DNA from: an uncultured Planctomycetales bacterium
GTDB taxonomy: Bacteria > Omnitrophota > Gorgyraeia > Zapsychrales > Aceulaceae
Reading direction: 5' to 3'
NCBI GenBank assembly: GCA_964648665.1
Contig: CAZYOA010000006.1
Location: 24,943 to 88,942 of the forward strand
DNA: 64,000 nt
In this document: piece by piece, positions 34,348 through 43,538 of the stretch
Position numbering within the stretch: position 1 is the stretch's first letter
Layout: every line of letters begins with the position of its first letter
Program-made: the position numbers and the translations under genes
Notes under the pieces: model-generated
Told to the model about the DNA's origin: nothing
What the model saw: only the letters and a program-made list of their open reading frames with translations
Databases searched by the model: none

Positions 34348-35736
34348 GTGATCCGTAAGCTATTTATTTTTATAGTTATTTTCGGTCTTATTGCAGGGGC
34401 AGGGTATGCGCAAGAGCAAGATCTTCAGATTCAGTCAGATGAGGAAATTCTTAAAGTTTTTGGTGAAGCGTGTGAAGGTTGTGTTTCTTTAGATTTTCGA
34501 GATGCGGACATTAGAAATGTATTGCAAATTCTTTCTTATCGAAGCGGTGTTAATATTGTTGCTGGTCCAGAAGTCAAAGGTCTTGTAACTATCCATTTGA
34601 CGAATGTTCCATGGAAAGATGCTTTAGATGTTATTTTACGTACGTATGGATACGGGTATGAAGAAACAGGAAACATTATTATCGCAACGACTGTTGAAAA
34701 CTTAAAAAAGCTTCGAGAAGATGCTCTTATTTTAAAAGATCAAGAATCAATTGTTACAAAAACATTTGTTATGAATTATGCAAACGCTTCGGATGTTGTT
34801 GTTTCTGTTGAAAAGATGATCACTCCTAGAGGATCTCTTAATTTTGATCAAAGGACAAATACAATTATTATTACAGATGCGGCAGGCAGTGTTCAGCTAA
34901 TTTCTGATGTTATTGAACGGCTAGATGCGACAACGCCTCAGATTTTAATTGAAGCAAAAATTATAGAAACAACATTGGCTGATTCTGAGAATTTAGGTAT
35001 TGATTGGTTTTTAGAGGCTTCAGCAACAGGTGCAAATAGGCCAACGGTGTGGCCTTTTACCCAGGAATCTCAAAATAAATATCTTAAGACAATGCCGTTT
35101 CCTTCTCCAGATAGCGATTTATTTTCATTCGGAACTTTAAATTTTAGTCAAGTTCAGGCGGTTATGGAAATTTTAAAATCACGATCAAATACAAATATTT
35201 TGTCAAATCCACGGATTGTCACTCTTGATAATCAAACAGCGAATATTGTTGTGGGAAGCCAGTATCCGTTACCTCAATATACATACAATGAAGAGCAGGC
35301 AAAATTACAAGTTTCAGGATGGGAATACAAGGATATCGGAGTTATTTTTGAAGTAACGCCGCATGTTAATAGTGCAGGATTTGTAACGTTAGACGTAGAT
35401 CCAAAAGTAACAGCTATTTTGGATTTCGTTCAAGTTGAAAATACAAGTGTACCGCAACTTAGTACAGAATCAGCCTCAACGCGGGTTATGGTTGAAGATG
35501 GGAAGACATTAGTTATTGCAGGACTCATCAAAAATCAATGGACCAAGTCTACTAGGAAAGTTCCTCTTTTAGGAGACATTCCACTTCTCGGACTTTTGTT
35601 TCAAAAGAAAGACAAAACATTATCAAAAACAGAGTTGCTTATTTTCATAACCCCTCATATTATTACGGATAATATTCCTGATGATAGTGATGAGCTGAAG
35701 AGACGACTTGAAAACTTCGAAAGTCCAGCACAATAA
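34348..35736 (+). CDS. pilQ: Type IV pilus secretin PilQ (compact, 462 aa)
   Basis: Signal peptide; N0/STN-like domain (VSLDFRDADIRNVLQILSYRSGVNIV); secretin core (NLGIDW, VPLLGDIPLLGLLF...LLIFITPHI). GTG start with aaagggg SD. Confidence 0.88.
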   Translation: MIRKLFIFIVIFGLIAGAGYAQEQDLQIQSDEEILKVFGEACEGCVSLDFRDADIRNVLQILSYRSGVNIVAGPEVKGLVTIHLTNVPWKDALDVILRTYGYGYEETGNIIIATTVENLKKLREDALILKDQESIVTKTFVMNYANASDVVVSVEKMITPRGSLNFDQRTNTIIITDAAGSVQLISDVIERLDATTPQILIEAKIIETTLADSENLGIDWFLEASATGANRPTVWPFTQESQNKYLKTMPFPSPDSDLFSFGTLNFSQVQAVMEILKSRSNTNILSNPRIVTLDNQTANIVVGSQYPLPQYTYNEEQAKLQVSGWEYKDIGVIFEVTPHVNSAGFVTLDVDPKVTAILDFVQVENTSVPQLSTESASTRVMVEDGKTLVIAGLIKNQWTKSTRKVPLLGDIPLLGLLFQKKDKTLSKTELLIFITPHIITDNIPDDSDELKRRLENFESPAQ

Positions 35737-35737
35737 T

Positions 35738-37036
35738 ATGTCAAAAGAAATCTTAATAAATATCAAAGCGAGCGAAAAGCGCGTCGCTATTATCGAAAAT
35801 GGCATCTTGGATGATTTTTATATCCAAATGGATCGTCAAGATTTTCTGCTTGGCAATATCTATAAAGGTGTTGTTGATTCTATCATGCCATCGATTAATG
35901 CTGCATTTGTTAATATTGGACAAGAAAAGAATGGGTTTCTTTATTTAACAGATGCAATTAATCCGTTAGTTGAAGAGGAACTTACAGGTCCAAAAGGGTT
36001 TATTGGTCGAATCTTAAAGGGAAAACCAAAGAAAACAAAGCGAAAAAAGAAAGAAAAGATTTCCTTGAAAAAAGGGGACGAAATTTTGGTTCAAGTTGTT
36101 AAGGAACCTTTTTGTAATAAAGGAGCAAGGTTAACAACGCATATAAGTTTGCCAGGGCGATTTGTTGTTTTTATGCCTTACGATAAGCATCTTGGGATTT
36201 CAAAGAAAATTGAATCTTCGGATGATCGTCAGCGATTAAGAGAAATCTTAAAGGGGCTAGATTTTGGTGAAGAAAGTGGATTTATTGTCCGTACGGTTGC
36301 TTCTCAAAAAGGAAAACGGGAAATTGTAAGGGATGCAAAGTTTTTATTTAAAATCTGGAGTCGAATCAAGAAACTTTCAGATGAACGCAAAGCTCCATCG
36401 CTTATTTATAAAGAATATGATCTTGTTTGGCGCATTGTTCGTGATTTTCTAAGAGAGGATGTTGATAAGCTTATTGTTGATTCTCTAGAAGAATATGGAC
36501 GTATTAAGAAATTTGTTCATATGCTTATCGGCAGAGAGATGGTTGGAAAGATTCATCATCATAAAAGTGAAACACCTTTATTTGAAAGTAAGAACGTAGC
36601 GAAACAGCTTAATAAAATTTATGATCGAAAAGTATATCTTAAGTCGGGTGCTCATATTGTAATTGAACCTACAGAGGGTCTTATTGTTGTAGATGTTAAT
36701 AGCGGACGCTTTAAAGTTAACGCATCTCCTGAAGAGGCTGCTTTTATGGTTAATATTGATGCAGCAGCTGAAATTGCAAGACAGTTGCGTTTAAGAGATT
36801 TAGGTGGTATCATTGTCATCGATTTTATTGACATGGGGAGAGAGTCTCATCGTAGGCAAGTTTTGCAAGCGCTTCAAAAGGGACTTGTAAAAGATCATTC
36901 AAAGACAGAAATTACAAAGATATCTTCTTTGGGGCTTTTAGAGATGACTCGAGCCAGAGCAGGAAAAACAATAGAATCAATGGTGTTTGATTCTTGTCCA
37001 TATTGTAATGGGCGAGGTAGACTGAAAATTGAATAA
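35738..37036 (+). CDS. rng: Ribonuclease G/E family endoribonuclease
   Basis: S1 domain GNIYKGVVDSIMPSINAAFVNIG, RNase E/G catalytic core (IVIEPTEGLIVVDVNSG, GGIIVIDFIDM), Zn-link CPYCNGRG. Start at ATG 35738. Confidence 0.88.
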   Translation: MSKEILINIKASEKRVAIIENGILDDFYIQMDRQDFLLGNIYKGVVDSIMPSINAAFVNIGQEKNGFLYLTDAINPLVEEELTGPKGFIGRILKGKPKKTKRKKKEKISLKKGDEILVQVVKEPFCNKGARLTTHISLPGRFVVFMPYDKHLGISKKIESSDDRQRLREILKGLDFGEESGFIVRTVASQKGKREIVRDAKFLFKIWSRIKKLSDERKAPSLIYKEYDLVWRIVRDFLREDVDKLIVDSLEEYGRIKKFVHMLIGREMVGKIHHHKSETPLFESKNVAKQLNKIYDRKVYLKSGAHIVIEPTEGLIVVDVNSGRFKVNASPEEAAFMVNIDAAAEIARQLRLRDLGGIIVIDFIDMGRESHRRQVLQALQKGLVKDHSKTEITKISSLGLLEMTRARAGKTIESMVFDSCPYCNGRGRLKIE

Positions 37037-37068
37037 GATTAATTTAAAAATATTTTAAGGAGGAAAAG

Positions 37069-37386
37069 ATGTACGCAATCGTTGAAGTTGGTTCGCAGCA
37101 ATTTAAGGTGTCAGAAGGTGACATCATTGATGTCCAGACCATTGATAGTGAAATAGGAAAAACACTGACGTTGAACCCCGTACTTCTCTATTCAAAAGGA
37201 TCAACTGTGAAGGTTGGTCAACCGCACTTAAAGGATGTCAAAGTTACAGTTAAAGTTATTGATCATAAAAAAGATAAGAAAGTTATCGCTTTTAAATATT
37301 GGCGTAGAAAAGATAGCGCGCTTAAAAAAGGTCATAGACAAAAACTGACAGCCCTTAGCATTGTTTCGATTGAAACAAAAGAGTAA
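37069..37386 (+). CDS. rplU: 50S ribosomal protein L21
   Basis: MYAIVEVGSQQFKVSEGD N-terminus, KKGHRQ; SD aaggagg. Confidence 0.95.
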   Translation: MYAIVEVGSQQFKVSEGDIIDVQTIDSEIGKTLTLNPVLLYSKGSTVKVGQPHLKDVKVTVKVIDHKKDKKVIAFKYWRRKDSALKKGHRQKLTALSIVSIETKE

Positions 37387-37403
37387 TTAATAAAAGGATA
37401 AGC

Positions 37404-38387
37404 ATGGCAGCTTTTGTTGATGAAGCAAGAATATTTGTAAGCGCTGGCAAAGGCGGCAACGGATGCGAAAGTTTTTATTCGGACAAGCGAACACGACATC
37501 CTAGGCCTGATGGAGGAGATGGTGGCAAGGGTGGTGATATTGTTTTTGAAGCAAGCCGATCCATTCAAACTCTTTTAGATTATAAATTTCGACAGCATCA
37601 TAAGGCAAAAAAGGGTGGTCACGCTTCTAGCAAGGGGAAGAGTGGTAGGACAGGAGAAGATTGCATTTTAAGAATTCCTGTTGGAACCACTATTCGCGAT
37701 GTTGACACAAATCTTGTTATTAAAGATTTGGTTCGTGATGGTCAAAGAATTATTGTTGCATATGGAGGGCGTGGCGGTATTGGAAACAATCAGAAGCGAA
37801 CGCCGAAACTTCCTCAAGAAGGTCAAGACAAGACAATTCTTCTTGAGCTTAAAATCCTGGCAGATGTTGGTCTTATTGGATTTCCAAATGTTGGAAAATC
37901 AACAATCGTTTCTGCAATATCAAAAGTCCGTTCCAAAATTGCCAACTACCCATTTACGACTAGACAGCCAATTTTAGGTTTTGTTTCGCAGGATGATTTT
38001 GAGTTTGTCGTTGCTGATCTTCCTGGACTCATCGAAGGTGCTCATGAAGGGAAAGGCTTGGGAGATAAATTTTTAAAGCACGTAGAGCGCACTAAGATTT
38101 TGGTTCATGTTCTTGATATGGCAGGAGTTGAAGGGCGAGACCCTTTAGAAGATTATGAGAAAATAAACTATGAGCTTCAAGAATATAGTCATAAAGTATT
38201 TTTAAAAAAGAGAATTGTTGTTGCGAATAAGATGGATTTACCTGAAAGTCGAGCTAATCTTAAAAGATTTCAGAAAAAGTTTTCAGATAAAATATTTTCG
38301 GTCTCAGCTAGCGAAAAACAAGGTCTAAAGAATTTAATCAACGAGATTAAGAGAACATTATGCCAAGAAAATTTGGACGCAAAATAA
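37404..38387 (+). CDS. obg: GTPase Obg/CgtA
   Basis: Glycine-rich Obg fold (FVDEARIFVSAGKGGNGCESF, GGDGGKGGDIVF); G-domain GFPNVGKST, DLPGLIEGA, NKMD. Confidence 0.95.
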   Translation: MAAFVDEARIFVSAGKGGNGCESFYSDKRTRHPRPDGGDGGKGGDIVFEASRSIQTLLDYKFRQHHKAKKGGHASSKGKSGRTGEDCILRIPVGTTIRDVDTNLVIKDLVRDGQRIIVAYGGRGGIGNNQKRTPKLPQEGQDKTILLELKILADVGLIGFPNVGKSTIVSAISKVRSKIANYPFTTRQPILGFVSQDDFEFVVADLPGLIEGAHEGKGLGDKFLKHVERTKILVHVLDMAGVEGRDPLEDYEKINYELQEYSHKVFLKKRIVVANKMDLPESRANLKRFQKKFSDKIFSVSASEKQGLKNLINEIKRTLCQENLDAK

Positions 38388-39448
38388 AAAGAGTTGTCAT
38401 CAAAGTTGGCTCTGGTATCATTGCAAACTTTTATATGAAACCGCGTGCTTCAGGTTTGCGTTTTATTGTTAAAGAAATTTCAAATCTTCGCAAAAAAGGT
38501 ATTGAGGTTGTTTTAGTAAGCTCAGGATCAATTGTTTTAGGGTTGGGAGAAATTCGCGGGCATGTCAGACCTTCGGATGTTTCTTCTTTGCAGGCTTTGG
38601 CGGCTATTGGTCAAAATGTTTTGATGCGTATGTATACAGATCAATTTGGAAAGAACAAATTACGTTGTGCTCAAGTATTGTTGACTTGGGAAGATTTTGA
38701 CGAGAGATTGCGTTACAATAATGCACGTAGCACAATTAATAAAATATTGGGTTATGGTGTTGTCCCGATTATTAACGAGAATGATACTATCTCCACAGAT
38801 GAAATCAAGTTTGGCGATAATGACAAGCTTTCAGCGCTTGTGGCAAGCTTGATTGGTGCTGATTTACTTTTGATTCTATCGGATGTTGATGGTTTGTATA
38901 ATCTTAAAGATAAAGATAAAAAGGTTTTTAAAGAAATTAAAGAAATTACAAAAGAAATTGAGAATTTAGCACTCGGAACAACAAGAAAGAATGTTTCAAA
39001 AGGTGGCATGGTTACAAAAATTGAGGCTGTCAAGATTGCAACACATGCTAAAATTCCGTGTGTTATTGCAAATGGAAATACACGCAATATTGTACGCGAC
39101 GTTGTTAATGGAAAGCAAGTTGGGACGTTTTTTGTTGAGAAAGAGGAAAAGCTTTTAGCTAGACGACATTGGATTTCGTTCGGGGCGAAACCAAAAGGAA
39201 AACTTGTTGTTGATAGAGGAGCAAAAGAAGCTCTTTTAAAAGGTGGAAAAAGTCTTTTATTACCAGGCGTTGTAAGTTGGGAAGGACATTTTAAGAAGGA
39301 AGATGTTGTTATTATTGTTGATCAGGCAGATCTTGAGATCGCGCGAGGAATTATAAATTATTCTGTTGGTGATTTACATAAAATAGATGACAAGAAGCAT
39401 AAGATGGAAGTTGTTCATTGCAGTGATATGGTTTTGTGTCAAAGATAA
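38360..39448 (+). CDS. proB: Glutamate 5-kinase (with PUA domain)
   Basis: VIKVGSG, NENDTISTDEIKFGDNDKLSA, C-terminal PUA (VVDRGAKEALLKGGKSLLLPGV). Confidence 0.93.
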   Translation: MPRKFGRKIKRVVIKVGSGIIANFYMKPRASGLRFIVKEISNLRKKGIEVVLVSSGSIVLGLGEIRGHVRPSDVSSLQALAAIGQNVLMRMYTDQFGKNKLRCAQVLLTWEDFDERLRYNNARSTINKILGYGVVPIINENDTISTDEIKFGDNDKLSALVASLIGADLLLILSDVDGLYNLKDKDKKVFKEIKEITKEIENLALGTTRKNVSKGGMVTKIEAVKIATHAKIPCVIANGNTRNIVRDVVNGKQVGTFFVEKEEKLLARRHWISFGAKPKGKLVVDRGAKEALLKGGKSLLLPGVVSWEGHFKKEDVVIIVDQADLEIARGIINYSVGDLHKIDDKKHKMEVVHCSDMVLCQR

Positions 39449-39461
39449 ATAAGGGAAGAAT

Positions 39462-40718
39462 ATGGTTTTAGAGAAAAAAATTGTATCCATGGCAAAAGCA
39501 ACGCAGATTGCATCAAGAAAAATGGCGCTTGTTTCAACAAGCGAAAAGAATCAAGCATTGCGCTTAATGGCGAAAGCTATTTTGACAAATAAAAATTTTT
39601 TAATTAAAGAAAATAAAAAGGATTTAGACACTGCCATTAAGAGTAATTATTCAAAGGCTTTAGTGGATCGGCTAACATTGGATGATAAGCGGATCAAGAG
39701 CATGGCTGATTGTCTTTTGGGTACGGCAAAGCTTAAGGATCCTGTGGGGGAAGTTATTTCAAGCTTTAGACGTCCGAATGGTTTGAAAATTAATAAGATT
39801 AGAACGCCTATTGGTGTTGTTGGTATTATTTATGAATCTCGACCAAATGTTACAAGTGATTGTATTGGTTTGTGTTTAAAATCAGGCAATGCAGTGATTC
39901 TCAAAGGGGGCAAAGAAGCTCTTTATTCGAATAAGGCAATTTTTGATGTGCTCAAGAAATCTTTAAAAAAGACAAGGATTCCGCTAGATGCAATTCAGAT
40001 GATATCATCTACGGATCGCAAGTCTGTTAATATCCTTTTAAAGCTTAACGAGTATGTTGATGTGATCGTGCCTAGAGGAGGAGAAGGGTTAATTAAATTT
40101 GTAACAGAAAATTCTCGTATTCCTGTAATTAAGCATTATAAGGGAGTTTGTCATACTTATGTCAGTCATTTAGCAAATTTAAAAATGGCACACAATATTT
40201 GTTTGAATGCAAAAATTCAGCGTCCAGGCGTTTGTAATGCTATGGAAACTATGATTGTTCATGAAAAGATTGCTAAAAAGTTTTTGCCTTTAATGATTAA
40301 TGATTTTATTAAAGCTGGTGTTGAAATCAGAGGATGCGCAGATACGCAAAAGTTTGTTTCTGGCGTTAAGAAAGCAACAAAGAATGACTGGAGCGAAGAA
40401 TACCTTGATTTAGTTCTTTCAGTTAAAGTGGTTAAGAGTTTGACCCAGGCCTTTGACCATATAAATACTTTTGGTTCAAAGCATTCCGATGCGATTATTA
40501 CAAAGAGTAAAAAAGAAGCTGATGAGTTCTTCAGAGCAGTTGATTCGTCTTGTGTCTATGCTAACGCATCAACACGCTTTACAGATGGATACGAGTTTGG
40601 GTTTGGTGCAGAAGTTGGTATTAGCACAGATAAGCTTCATGCGCGTGGTCCAATGGCTTTACCTGAGTTGACGACATACAAGTATGTTATTTTAGGTAGT
40701 GGTCAAGTTCGAACATAA
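39462..40718 (+). CDS. proA: Glutamate-5-semialdehyde dehydrogenase
   Basis: IYESRPNVT, catalytic Cys in PGVCNAMETMIVH, ASTRFTDG. Confidence 0.93.
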   Translation: MVLEKKIVSMAKATQIASRKMALVSTSEKNQALRLMAKAILTNKNFLIKENKKDLDTAIKSNYSKALVDRLTLDDKRIKSMADCLLGTAKLKDPVGEVISSFRRPNGLKINKIRTPIGVVGIIYESRPNVTSDCIGLCLKSGNAVILKGGKEALYSNKAIFDVLKKSLKKTRIPLDAIQMISSTDRKSVNILLKLNEYVDVIVPRGGEGLIKFVTENSRIPVIKHYKGVCHTYVSHLANLKMAHNICLNAKIQRPGVCNAMETMIVHEKIAKKFLPLMINDFIKAGVEIRGCADTQKFVSGVKKATKNDWSEEYLDLVLSVKVVKSLTQAFDHINTFGSKHSDAIITKSKKEADEFFRAVDSSCVYANASTRFTDGYEFGFGAEVGISTDKLHARGPMALPELTTYKYVILGSGQVRT

Positions 40719-40740
40719 AATTTAGAAAAAGGTATGAGAC

Positions 40741-41319
40741 GTGCAAAGAGTAGGTGTATTAGGAGGAACTTTTAATCCAATTCATATTGGTCACCTGGCT
40801 ATTGCTCAGATGGCATTGGAGAGGATGCATTTAAATAAAGTTATTTTTGTTCCTGCATATATTCCTCCTCATAAAAATAGAAAAGTAGTTGCAGGCGCTA
40901 AATATCGTTTTGAAATGGTGTGTTTAGCTATTAAAAATAATCCTTTCTTTGAGATTTCAGATTTTGAAATCAAGAAAAAAGGGAAATCGTATACGATTAA
41001 TACGATGCGGTATTTTAAAGAAGTTTATCCGCCAGATACAAAATTATTTTTTATCATTGGTGAAGATGCACTTTCTCAGCTTTCAAAATGGAAATATATT
41101 AATAAAATTTTAGGAATTTCAGATTTTATTGTTGTTAATCGTCCTGGATATGTTAAAAAAAGTACAGACGCTAAACATCATAGCGTTATTATGCCGGGCA
41201 TTGATATTTCATCGTCATATGTGCGTATGCGGATGTTTCAGAACAAAACAATAAAATATTTTGTGCCGGACAAAGTGTTAGATTATGTTTTTGAGAATAA
41301 ACTCTATGGAGTTCAATAA
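40741..41319 (+). CDS. nadD: Nicotinate-nucleotide adenylyltransferase
   Basis: GGTFNPIHIGHL (HxGH) and ISSSYVR (ISSTxxR-type) motifs; GTG start. Confidence 0.9.
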   Translation: MQRVGVLGGTFNPIHIGHLAIAQMALERMHLNKVIFVPAYIPPHKNRKVVAGAKYRFEMVCLAIKNNPFFEISDFEIKKKGKSYTINTMRYFKEVYPPDTKLFFIIGEDALSQLSKWKYINKILGISDFIVVNRPGYVKKSTDAKHHSVIMPGIDISSSYVRMRMFQNKTIKYFVPDKVLDYVFENKLYGVQ

Positions 41320-41347
41320 TTAAGGAAAAAAGCAAGGGAGTTGTCTT

Positions 41348-42775
41348 ATGTGCGAAAATGCAAGAAATGAAATTCGATTTGGAACAGATGGTTGGAGAGC
41401 AATCATTTCAAAGGAATTTACATTTAAAAATGTTGAAATTTTAGCTCAAGCGATTAGTGAATGGATTAATCGTGATATTCGAAAGAAGGCAGGAATTCGA
41501 AAAAGAGTTGCGGTTGGATATGATACAAGATTTCTATCTAAGGAATATGCAGAAACTGCTGCAGCTATTTTAGCAAAGAATAATATTGAGGTTTATCTTT
41601 CTGACGCGGCAATACCAACACCAACATTAAGCTTTGGTGTAACGCGTAAGAAATGTGTTGCTGGTCTTATGATAACAGCAAGTCATAATCCTGCTGCTTT
41701 TAATGGCTTAAAGATTAAAACAGCTGAAGGTGGCGCTGCTTCTCGAGAGATTACAGATATTGTTGAAGAATATTTATGTAAAACAGAAGTCAAAAAATTT
41801 AATTTTGATGATTCTGTTAAGAAGAAAGATTTAATTCTTCATGATTTTAAGGAAGATTATATTAATTTCTTACGAAATTACATTGACTTAAAAGCTATCA
41901 AGAAGACTCGATACAAGGTTTTAACTGATGCGATGCATGGTAGCGGAAATTCTTTAATACTACGTGTTTTAAAAGGGACGAATATTCGCGCTCAGGTTAT
42001 GCGTGGCGAGGTCAATCCTTCGTTCGGAGGTGGAAAGCCAGAACCTGTTGAAGAATACGTATCAGAGCTTAAGGAGCGAGTTAAAAAAGAAAAGTTTGAT
42101 CTTGGTCTTATTCTAGACGGAGATGCTGATCGCATCGCAGCCGTTACAGGTGACGGAGAATATATTAATCCGCAAAAAATATTGGGACTGATTATTTTGC
42201 ATCTTGCTCGGAATAGAGGACGTAGCGGTGGGATTGTAAAAACGATTTGCGGGACAACTATGCTTGATAATATTGCAAAATCTTTAGGTCTTAAACTTTA
42301 CGAGACTCCTGTTGGATTTAAATATATTTCTGATTTAATGATTTCAGAAGATATTCTTGCCGGTGGCGAAGAAGCAGGTGGCGTTGGCGTTCAGAGCTAT
42401 ATTCCTGAAAGGGATGGAACTTTAGCCGGTCTTCTTTTGCTTGAAATGATGGCTTATCGCAAAAAAAGCATAAAAAAACTTATTCAAGAGATGGAAAAAG
42501 AATTCGGACGTTATTATTATCAAAAGGCAGGTCTTAAAACAGAAAAGAAGAAATTTGATCTTAAAAAAATCAAATCAATGAAAAAAATTCTTGGAAAGAA
42601 AGTTATTGATATAAAGACGTTTGATGGTGTTAAACTTATTTGTGAAGATGACAGTTGGATTATGTTTAGACCTTCAGGGACAGAACCTTTGGTTCGATCT
42701 TATGTTGAGGCAAAATCTCAAGTTAAGGCAAAGGCTTTAATTGATTACGGAAAAATAGTACTAAAAAAGCTTTAA
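41348..42775 (+). CDS. Phosphoglucomutase/phosphomannomutase family protein
   Basis: Phosphoserine loop TASHNPAAFNGLK, metal loop DGDADR, sugar loop GEEAGG, RPSGTEPLVR. Confidence 0.85.
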   Translation: MCENARNEIRFGTDGWRAIISKEFTFKNVEILAQAISEWINRDIRKKAGIRKRVAVGYDTRFLSKEYAETAAAILAKNNIEVYLSDAAIPTPTLSFGVTRKKCVAGLMITASHNPAAFNGLKIKTAEGGAASREITDIVEEYLCKTEVKKFNFDDSVKKKDLILHDFKEDYINFLRNYIDLKAIKKTRYKVLTDAMHGSGNSLILRVLKGTNIRAQVMRGEVNPSFGGGKPEPVEEYVSELKERVKKEKFDLGLILDGDADRIAAVTGDGEYINPQKILGLIILHLARNRGRSGGIVKTICGTTMLDNIAKSLGLKLYETPVGFKYISDLMISEDILAGGEEAGGVGVQSYIPERDGTLAGLLLLEMMAYRKKSIKKLIQEMEKEFGRYYYQKAGLKTEKKKFDLKKIKSMKKILGKKVIDIKTFDGVKLICEDDSWIMFRPSGTEPLVRSYVEAKSQVKAKALIDYGKIVLKKL

Positions 42776-42776
42776 A

Positions 42777-43376
42777 ATGATTTATTGGTTCGGGCACGGA
42801 TTATTTTGGATCTTATTTAAGAGCTTGTTGTTTTTAAAAGCTTTTGGAGCAAAACAAATACCAAAGGATAGTGGGTATATTCTTGCGAGTAATCATTTAA
42901 GCAATTTAGATCCCATGATTCTGGGTATTGCTTCTGGGCGGCGTCTTAGCTATTTTGCGAAATCATCGTTATTTAAAGGAAGAATTACATCCTTTATCCT
43001 ATCTCAAGTTGGAGCTTTCCCTGTTAAAAGAGGATTTTCTGACCCAAAATCTATTAAAGAATCAATAAAGCGACTTCGCAACAATCAGGGTCTTGTTATG
43101 TTTCCACAAGGGACAAGACAAGGTGGAAAGATTGATCCTGATAATTTTAAACCTGGCGTTGGAATGCTTGCTGCAAAGGCCGAAGTTCCAATTATACCCG
43201 TTTATATTTATGGATCTGACAAAGCCATGGCTCCTAAAACAAAAATGATTCGACCTGCAAAAACAACAGTATATTTTGGTTTACCGATTTATGCTCAAGA
43301 AAATAGCTCTTATGAGCAAACGACTTATCGGGTCATGAAGTCTATTGAAGAATTATCCTTTCAAGCACACCGCTAA
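42777..43376 (+). CDS. plsC: 1-acyl-sn-glycerol-3-phosphate acyltransferase
   Basis: HX4D motif NHLSNLDP and FPQGTR block. Confidence 0.85.
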   Translation: MIYWFGHGLFWILFKSLLFLKAFGAKQIPKDSGYILASNHLSNLDPMILGIASGRRLSYFAKSSLFKGRITSFILSQVGAFPVKRGFSDPKSIKESIKRLRNNQGLVMFPQGTRQGGKIDPDNFKPGVGMLAAKAEVPIIPVYIYGSDKAMAPKTKMIRPAKTTVYFGLPIYAQENSSYEQTTYRVMKSIEELSFQAHR

Positions 43377-43424
43377 ACCCTTTCGCAACATTCATCTTAT
43401 AGCTTTATCAAAAAAAGATTTTAG

Positions 43425-43453
43425 TTGACAAGATAGGTCTTTTCGTTGATAAT
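43425..43453 (+). promoter_or_regulatory. Sigma-70-type promoter candidate for rpsA (TTGACA-17-GATAAT)
   Basis: TTGACA 43425-43430, 17-nt spacer, GATAAT 43448-43453; ~80-nt leader to ATG 43539. Confidence 0.65.
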
Positions 43454-43538
43454 CGTGGAACTTTTGCTTGAGCCAATTATCAATTGCTGATTGATTTGGT
43501 TCTGCGAAAGAATTCCTAAGGAAAGAGGTAAGTTATTT

